From Escherichia coli (GTDB taxonomy: Bacteria > Pseudomonadota > Gammaproteobacteria > Enterobacterales > Enterobacteriaceae): 64,000 bases of DNA. The number at the start of each line of letters is the position of its first letter. The stretch's first letter is position 1. The stretch lies in assembly GCA_902500205.1 (NCBI GenBank), contig GCA_902500205.1_4868.1; one strand, written 5' to 3'. Positions 57,886 to 64,000 of the stretch are shown here, in pieces. A model generated the notes under the pieces. That model was not told where the DNA came from. It saw only the letters and a list, made by a program, of their open reading frames with translations, and made no database searches. The position numbers were made by a program, and so were the translations under genes.

Positions 57886-60630
57886 ATGGTAGAAATTCAA
57901 ATGACTTACACGAGTATGGGGGTACGGGTTGAAGTCCCTATCCGCCAGGCTGAAAGGGCCATACTCGCGTGGGCCGAAGAGAATATGCACGCCCCAAAGA
58001 TGGGCAAGCAACATGGACGAATAACTACGGAACGCGGTGACGCGTACTACGCCCACATTCCGTCTTTAAGGACGTTCATTTTCCATAAAGTGTTCGCTGA
58101 GAAGATTAAACATATCCTCCAACGAGCAGCAATTGAATATGCTTTTCAGTACAAGCTGACAGAGCACCATCCTGAGCGAGGAACACCTTACTGCTGTACA
58201 TTTGATAACTACGGCTTCTCGATGGTAGAAAGCGATCCGGAGTCGCGTTTCTACTATCAGAACGAGGTTGTGGATGCAGCGTCCGATCCAAACCGACCAC
58301 AGACAATCTTTGCCATTCAGACAGGAAGAGGAAAATGCTGTGCTCATGGTACACGTGTGCGTGTACCGGGTGGTTGGAAGAACATTGAGGATATACAGCT
58401 AGGTGATTACGTTACGGGGCGTGACGGAAAACCAGCAATGGTCTCTGGAGTGTTCCCACAGGGTGTGGTTGACCTGTATCAGGTGACGTTTTGGGATGGT
58501 AGGAGTGTTGATGTATGCGGTGAGCATTTGTGGCAAAGCTACTACGTTAATACCACCGAGAACCGTCGCTGGGGTGTACGCGATACTCTAGAGATGAAAC
58601 GTTTAATCTCGATGCCTAATCCGCGTGTGTATATTCCGTTGCCTGAACCGGAGGAGACTCCAGAAAAGGATTTCCCGGTTAGTCCATATCTGTTGGGTGT
58701 GTTATTGGGCGACGGTAGTTTAACCGGTGGCTCCGTTGTTTATCACAAACACGATGTGGAAATAATGGAGAAGGTATTATCGGAACTGCCAGAAGGTTAT
58801 ACAATCCACGTTTCCAAGTATCGTGATGGTCTTACAAAGACTATCAATAGCCCAGGTCACGACCATTGTATTCGTGACGGACTGAAAGAACTGGGAATCT
58901 GGGGTTGTGCTGCTTGGGAGAAATATATACCGGCGGAGTATTTTGAAGGGTCTATTGAACAGCGTTGGGAACTCTTACGTGGTTTGATGGATACCGACGG
59001 GACGGTAAATAAGGATGGGGGGCAACCCTCATTCTGTTCTACCAGCAAGGCGCTGGCGTTGGGCGTCCAGGAATTAGTTCGTTCTCTGGGCGGAATAGCC
59101 ACTATCTCCGAGAAAAAGCCGAAGTATACTTATCTCGGTGAAAAGAAAGATGGCCGTTTAGCTTACATTGTATTTATTCGCCACAAAACACCATCGAAAC
59201 TGTTCCATCTTCCAAGGAAGAAAGAACTGTGTCGTGATAACGGTCAATACAACGATATACTGAAACTTCGTGTTAAGTCTATCGAACCTATTGGGCGTGA
59301 CCTTGGCACGTGTATTCGTGTCGAGAACGCCGATGCGTTGTTTGTGGTGGACAAATGGATTGTTACGCACAACACCAAGACTTGCATGAAAACAATGGTG
59401 AAACGTGGTACCAGAACTGCGTTAATCCATAGACCTTCATACGTCCCTAAATGGTTGTTTGATGTGTGCGACGACGAGACCGGTTTACGCATTACGCGTG
59501 ACGACGTCTTAGTCTGTACCGGCGTACAAGCCATCTACGACGCTCTGGAGATGGGTAAGTCGGGAGAGCTGGATAGACGGGGCATTAAGGTAATAATCCT
59601 CCCCACAGTCTCTCTACAGCGTTTCCTGAAGGAATACATTAACACCGCTGCGACTAACCCTGTGGATCTGGATACGTTTTATGATGTTCTGGGCGTGGGT
59701 CTGGTAGCGATGGATGAGGTGCACGAGCATTTTCACCTCGTTTACATGGCAGGTATAATGTTGAACCCGCCAGCATCGATAGAAATGTCTGCAACTCTTA
59801 AACCGGGTAGCAGCAAAGCGTTTATCGCGGAGCGGTATTTAGAACGGTTCCCAATGGAGTACCGAATCAGTATTCCAATCATTCCGGTGGTTGATGTGAA
59901 AGCGTTGTACTATCGACTGGATGATAAGAAGTTTGCGTGGTGGGCATCGAAGATGACGCCGTATAACCACAAACTCTTCGAAGGGAAGCTGATTAAAGAG
60001 AACTTGCATTTAGAATACGCGAACATGATCTGGGATGTGGTTGAGAAATCGTTCCTTAAACGGTATCAACCCGGCCAGAAGTGTTTGCTGCTATTTGCCA
60101 CGGTTGCAATGTGTGAGTTCTTTACCGAGTATGTGAAAGATAAGTTGTCGCGTGACCCTGTATTCCATCCACTCATGGTGGCGAAATATAATGCAGGCGA
60201 TTCGTATGACGACTTTATCCAAGCAGACTTCTCTATCTCCACACCGGGGAAAGCGGGGACTGCGGTCGATAAACCTGGGTTGGTACACATGTACATTTCA
60301 ACCCCGGTAGAAGACCAGCAACTGAACGAACAGATGGCCGGTCGTCCACGTAAGATTCTCCACAACGAATGGGGTGAAATAGACCCAACGGTGTGGTTAT
60401 TCCATGCGTATAACGTACCGAAGCATTGCAATTACCTGAATGCCCGCCAGAAATCACTCAAGGATGTCGTATTGTCGTTCCGTATCGCGACATCCCCCTA
60501 CGTTGTAAGGAAATCACATGCTCACTCCGCCGCGTCCAGCAGAGCCACTGCCACCCTACATCGGAATGACTTTAGCAAGTTTTCTCGAAAACGTTCTAAA
60601 GGCGTATCCCGGCGTAGAAGACGTCGCTAA
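57886..60630 (+). CDS. DExH-box helicase/ATPase precursor containing an intein in the P-loop
   Basis: Extein junction gives Walker A GRGK|T; Walker B/DExH AMDEVHEH downstream; ATG 57886 lies after the terminator (the track's earlier start does not). Confidence 0.65.
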   Translation: MVEIQMTYTSMGVRVEVPIRQAERAILAWAEENMHAPKMGKQHGRITTERGDAYYAHIPSLRTFIFHKVFAEKIKHILQRAAIEYAFQYKLTEHHPERGTPYCCTFDNYGFSMVESDPESRFYYQNEVVDAASDPNRPQTIFAIQTGRGKCCAHGTRVRVPGGWKNIEDIQLGDYVTGRDGKPAMVSGVFPQGVVDLYQVTFWDGRSVDVCGEHLWQSYYVNTTENRRWGVRDTLEMKRLISMPNPRVYIPLPEPEETPEKDFPVSPYLLGVLLGDGSLTGGSVVYHKHDVEIMEKVLSELPEGYTIHVSKYRDGLTKTINSPGHDHCIRDGLKELGIWGCAAWEKYIPAEYFEGSIEQRWELLRGLMDTDGTVNKDGGQPSFCSTSKALALGVQELVRSLGGIATISEKKPKYTYLGEKKDGRLAYIVFIRHKTPSKLFHLPRKKELCRDNGQYNDILKLRVKSIEPIGRDLGTCIRVENADALFVVDKWIVTHNTKTCMKTMVKRGTRTALIHRPSYVPKWLFDVCDDETGLRITRDDVLVCTGVQAIYDALEMGKSGELDRRGIKVIILPTVSLQRFLKEYINTAATNPVDLDTFYDVLGVGLVAMDEVHEHFHLVYMAGIMLNPPASIEMSATLKPGSSKAFIAERYLERFPMEYRISIPIIPVVDVKALYYRLDDKKFAWWASKMTPYNHKLFEGKLIKENLHLEYANMIWDVVEKSFLKRYQPGQKCLLLFATVAMCEFFTEYVKDKLSRDPVFHPLMVAKYNAGDSYDDFIQADFSISTPGKAGTAVDKPGLVHMYISTPVEDQQLNEQMAGRPRKILHNEWGEIDPTVWLFHAYNVPKHCNYLNARQKSLKDVVLSFRIATSPYVVRKSHAHSAASSRATATLHRNDFSKFSRKRSKGVSRRRRRR
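58336..59373 (+). mobile_element. intein (346 aa) with LAGLIDADG homing-endonuclease domain
   Basis: Starts with Cys directly after GRGK, ends VTHN followed by Thr; Hint blocks (GDYV..DG, GEHLW); LAGLIDADG motifs LLGVLLGDGSL and LLRGLMDTDGTV. Confidence 0.75.
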
Positions 60631-60901
60631 GAAACTCTGCACCGACGCCACTATCAACCAGGCGTTTCACTACTACATGGTCACTGAACATTACAGCGGC
60701 CTGTTCCTTAACCAACGCGGGTTGACGTATTACGTCACCCGCACGTCAAGTATCCGTAACACTTCGTCGTACGAGTTATATACGTACGTGTTGTGGAATG
60801 AGAACCCGGCCGGTAGTGTCGATCAGAATCCAAAGATGGCTTATCGTCTTTACTCTGAAAAATGGCACGATTGGGTGACTGTTCCACACGATGCAAGTTA
60901 A
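60518..60901 (+). CDS. hypothetical protein (127 aa); start overlaps the helicase 3' end in another frame
   Basis: AAGGA 6 nt upstream of ATG 60518. Confidence 0.45.
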   Translation: MLTPPRPAEPLPPYIGMTLASFLENVLKAYPGVEDVAKKLCTDATINQAFHYYMVTEHYSGLFLNQRGLTYYVTRTSSIRNTSSYELYTYVLWNENPAGSVDQNPKMAYRLYSEKWHDWVTVPHDAS

Positions 60902-60910
60902 TCACGTTTT

Positions 60911-60933
60911 GGGTGTATATTGTGTATACACCC
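60911..60933. repeat. perfect inverted repeat GGGTGTATA-TTGTG-TATACACCC (operator-like)
   Basis: 9-bp arms with 5-bp spacer, 30 nt upstream of gene 60962. Confidence 0.5.
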
Positions 60934-60961
60934 AACCCCTAATTTCAAAAGGATTATTACG

Positions 60962-61582
60962 ATGAGTCGTCGCAAAAAGAAACCCGCTTATAACCCACGT
61001 AAAGACGCCCGCGATTTCGTCAAGGCGATGATGCAGTCTGTGTTGAAAAAACAAGCTGTGTTTATCGAAAGTACCGAATTCCTGTCAGGCAGAATTGATC
61101 GGGAGCGTGAAGTAACTGAAGCCATTACGCACGAAGAGCTGAAAGCTTTCACATTGAAAGCGCTGGATGAAGCACAGGCGGCTTTCCTTGGCATGTGCCA
61201 ACAGGGCAAAGAGCTGTTCGGTAAACTGATTGTTGAGGCAGACGCTAAGGCGGTGCCGGTGTTTGACATGCTGAACGATAACAGCAAAACGTGGAAAGAA
61301 ATCAAAGACCAGTTCCACGTCGACCACACCGAACTGTCCCTGATTGACCAGCGGGCAAACATGCTTGCGATGGATATTCAGGGCACCAGTATCGAAATCT
61401 TCTCCACGTATAACGCGAAAGTGAAGTTCGTGAAGCAGGCGCTGAATAACGGTCATACCGTGGAACAAGCCGAAGTTCTGTTGGCCGAAGCTTTGGCTAA
61501 TAATTCGAAAGAACTCCCTAAAAACGCCATCGTCGATCACAACGACGTTGTAGTAGAAACCGAGGAAGCGGCTAATGTCTGA
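60962..61582 (+). CDS. hypothetical protein with basic N-terminus (MSRRKKKP)
   Basis: AAAGGA upstream of ATG 60962. Confidence 0.55.
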   Translation: MSRRKKKPAYNPRKDARDFVKAMMQSVLKKQAVFIESTEFLSGRIDREREVTEAITHEELKAFTLKALDEAQAAFLGMCQQGKELFGKLIVEADAKAVPVFDMLNDNSKTWKEIKDQFHVDHTELSLIDQRANMLAMDIQGTSIEIFSTYNAKVKFVKQALNNGHTVEQAEVLLAEALANNSKELPKNAIVDHNDVVVETEEAANV

Positions 61583-63545
61583 GATCCAAGATCAGCGTCC
61601 GGGTAATGCCCGTCGCCCTAATCCCGACCAGCCAGCCCCTGTGGCGGCTGCTACCCAACAAGAGATGATTCTTCCGACCGTGCCTGATGACGCGACCTCG
61701 GATGCAATCATCATGGCTATTAAACAAGCCAATCCCGATTTTTCTTTTGCCCGTGCAGAAGAAGTTTATCACCAACACTATCATCGTCCTGAGCCTAAGC
61801 TTGAGCGTCCGACGTTTGTAGAAGAGGCGTTGCCTGAACCTGCTGCGCCTGTACCACCGGCACCTCAGACTTTTGCTGAACAGGTGCAGGAGCACCTACA
61901 TCGTGCCCCGGAACCGGTAGTAGAGAAAGCGCCTGCGGTAGAACCTGCTCCGCAGCCAAAAGCTCCGGAAGCGGTTGCACCGGCCCAGCCGGCTGTAAAA
62001 GAAATGGAAGATGCAGCACCGAAGGTTCCGGAACAACAACAGGTGCGTGAGATTAACTTCGGTAATACCCATTTAGCTGAAACTGCCGAAATGGGTGAAG
62101 ACGAAGCTGATCGTATTCTGACACAGTCGAAGATGTTGATTGGTCTGAAACAAGACCCTAACATCATTGCAGACTCCCTGCAAAAGTTCCTCGGTAATAT
62201 TAAACGTTCACCGAAAGACGGCCGGCTGCTATTCGAAAGCCCTGAACAGCAACAGGTATACGATGACATCTATCGCGCTTTGAACATGACCCCGCCACGT
62301 CTACAGGACGGCGTACCGGCATTCGCGGGTGCACTGGACCGTGGCGACACCGCTTGGGAACAGCGTGTGATGTTGCCGGACGGTAAGGCATCTGGTGCTA
62401 TTGCACCGCGTGACAATATGCACACCGGTGCCCTGGCTGCTTTGCGTCGTGTACGTAAGTCGGGTATTCCGAACATGGTTTGGTTGCCGGCCACAGGTAT
62501 CTACGTGGGCTTCCGCGCACCGCATGAACGTGACCTTTGTGACTTCGACATGCGCCTCACACTGGAAACTGCGACCATCGGTATGCAGACCTACGGTTTG
62601 ATGCTGTCGTCGTCTTCTGGTGTGTACATGCGTCACATGGTTGAATTCGCACTTCAGTTTGTTACTGAAGCAACCATCGACTGCGCGGGTAACGATCTGC
62701 GTACTGTGCTGTTGGATACCATTGATCTGGCTGACTACTGGCTGGTTATTCTGGGTCCGTTGCAGGCGAAGTGGCCGTCTGGTATTCCATGGACGCTGAT
62801 GTGCGGTGAGGACGGTTGTACTCAGCAGGAAGATGTGAAGCTGAATATCGCGCGTTGTATCCGTTTCGGTTCCGGTCTGTTTAGCGACCTGCAGAAACAA
62901 CTGTGGGCACGTCAACGCGGTACTGAGCGTCCAGTGATTTCTATTGCAGAACAGCGCGAATATATCGCGGCGCATCAGGTTGACCCATCTTCGGTATTTG
63001 AATACCACGACGTGCGTGTTGAATTTGGCCGTTCTACCCTGGGTAGCTTCTTTGACTCCACCGAGAAGTGGATTGAAGACGTTAACGCGTCAACTACGGC
63101 AGCGCTGTCTGAATTTGCTACCGAGCGTGAACGTGAATCCCATATGCGTTTAACTGCAGAAGCCCGTCGCTTAACGCGCTACGCTCACATGGTGAAATCT
63201 ATCACCGTTAATGAGCAACGTGAAGTAAACGGTGAAATGCAGGTTATCCCACAAACTGAAACCGACACAGCGAAAATCGTTGAGATGCTGGAAGAGCTGT
63301 CTTCCGACCGTATCTACGTTGGTCAGTTTGAAAACGCGATTGCTGAATACAACGAACGTACACGTTTAGCGGTATTCGGTTACATGGGTAAACGCTGCCC
63401 GGCGTGTGGTAAAACACACGGCGAGAAAGACGGTCTGTATCGTGGTATTGTTACCATCTCACCGGACAGGGTTTTTTTCGTGCTCTCTCGAGTGGTGTCC
63501 GAGATTCAGAAATTCTTGCTGGATCAATACGCCGATATTGGCTAG
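61575..63545 (+). CDS. hypothetical protein with Pro/Ala-rich low-complexity N-terminal region (656 aa)
   Basis: GAGGAAG upstream of ATG; residues 90-150 or so are PA-rich repeats. Confidence 0.6.
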   Translation: MSEIQDQRPGNARRPNPDQPAPVAAATQQEMILPTVPDDATSDAIIMAIKQANPDFSFARAEEVYHQHYHRPEPKLERPTFVEEALPEPAAPVPPAPQTFAEQVQEHLHRAPEPVVEKAPAVEPAPQPKAPEAVAPAQPAVKEMEDAAPKVPEQQQVREINFGNTHLAETAEMGEDEADRILTQSKMLIGLKQDPNIIADSLQKFLGNIKRSPKDGRLLFESPEQQQVYDDIYRALNMTPPRLQDGVPAFAGALDRGDTAWEQRVMLPDGKASGAIAPRDNMHTGALAALRRVRKSGIPNMVWLPATGIYVGFRAPHERDLCDFDMRLTLETATIGMQTYGLMLSSSSGVYMRHMVEFALQFVTEATIDCAGNDLRTVLLDTIDLADYWLVILGPLQAKWPSGIPWTLMCGEDGCTQQEDVKLNIARCIRFGSGLFSDLQKQLWARQRGTERPVISIAEQREYIAAHQVDPSSVFEYHDVRVEFGRSTLGSFFDSTEKWIEDVNASTTAALSEFATERERESHMRLTAEARRLTRYAHMVKSITVNEQREVNGEMQVIPQTETDTAKIVEMLEELSSDRIYVGQFENAIAEYNERTRLAVFGYMGKRCPACGKTHGEKDGLYRGIVTISPDRVFFVLSRVVSEIQKFLLDQYADIG

Positions 63546-63589
63546 ACCAGGAAGACGTTCCGTCCGAGCAAATCATTACAACGCTCAAG

Positions 63590-63961
63590 ATGGATACCAC
63601 CTCTCTCTTCAAGCAGCGTAGCACACGTCCTATTACGTATCAGGAAGCCCATAACGAGCTTCTGGAAGCGTATGACCGTACACTGGCTCTTAATACCGGC
63701 GACCATCAGGTAGGGTTGTCGGATTTTGAAAACCCGGTATACGGTAGTCTTTACGATATCTGGTACGCCACTTACTTACGTGAAGAGGTCGGTGAAAACT
63801 ACCGGATGTCGATAGACGAGTTCCTCGACCGCCCCCGCTGGCAGATACTGCTGATGCTCGACAATATCCGTCGTCGCAAAGCGATTATCGCCAAAGCCGG
63901 CGAGCAGGTGGCAGGTGAACGTGCGTTAAAGGAGCTGGAGAAAGATCTGACGGGACATTAA
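63590..63961 (+). CDS. hypothetical protein (123 aa)
   Basis: ORF followed by a terminator. Confidence 0.5.
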   Translation: MDTTSLFKQRSTRPITYQEAHNELLEAYDRTLALNTGDHQVGLSDFENPVYGSLYDIWYATYLREEVGENYRMSIDEFLDRPRWQILLMLDNIRRRKAIIAKAGEQVAGERALKELEKDLTGH

Positions 63962-63969
63962 TAGAAATT

Positions 63970-64000
63970 CGGGGCTTCGGCCCCGTTTTCTTTTTTTTTT
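63970..64000 (+). terminator. intrinsic terminator
   Basis: Hairpin CGGGGC-TTCG-GCCCCG plus T-run at the window end. Confidence 0.7.

Noticed and set aside
62301-63008. 235-aa minus-strand ORF inside gene 61575..63545
   Set aside because: Antisense and embedded in a longer plus-strand ORF with better start context; Arg/Cys-rich composition typical of a spurious frame.
1-64000. CRISPR arrays
   Set aside because: No regularly spaced direct repeats with unique spacers were seen; the repeated sequences are promoter-like motifs and terminator hairpins at irregular spacing.

Overview
This window reads as a densely packed segment of a large (jumbo) tailed-phage genome, about 50% GC with enterobacterial-style codon usage. 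All calls are by eye from the sequence and ORF track; nothing was searched or computed. The most interesting signals are: (1) split multisubunit RNA polymerase genes, with beta (53497..55734), beta-prime C-terminal (55734..57839) and beta-prime N-terminal (41826..43777) fragments, which is the phiKZ-like (Chimalliviridae-type) arrangement; (2) a group I self-splicing intron interrupting the beta-prime gene just upstream of its catalytic DFDGD motif; (3) a LAGLIDADG-type intein inserted in the P-loop of a DExH-box helicase/ATPase; (4) a conserved promoter-like motif AGATAGATATTA(T/C)CT..GTGA in eight copies, resembling the TATATTAC early promoter class of phiKZ-like phages; (5) a 617-aa strongly codon-optimised gene behind two tandem copies of that motif, a candidate phage-nucleus shell protein (chimallin) or major capsid protein; (6) an HslV-like Ntn-hydrolase peptidase next to a canonical tRNA-Trp and two long non-coding stretches, one holding a GATC-rich AT island flanked by alternating CG tracts. 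Also present are a probable terminase large subunit with a T4-like Walker A, a candidate tail sheath/tube pair, an SbcD/Mre11-like nuclease, a possible SSB, and many hairpin plus T-run terminators. Most other ORFs are hypothetical.
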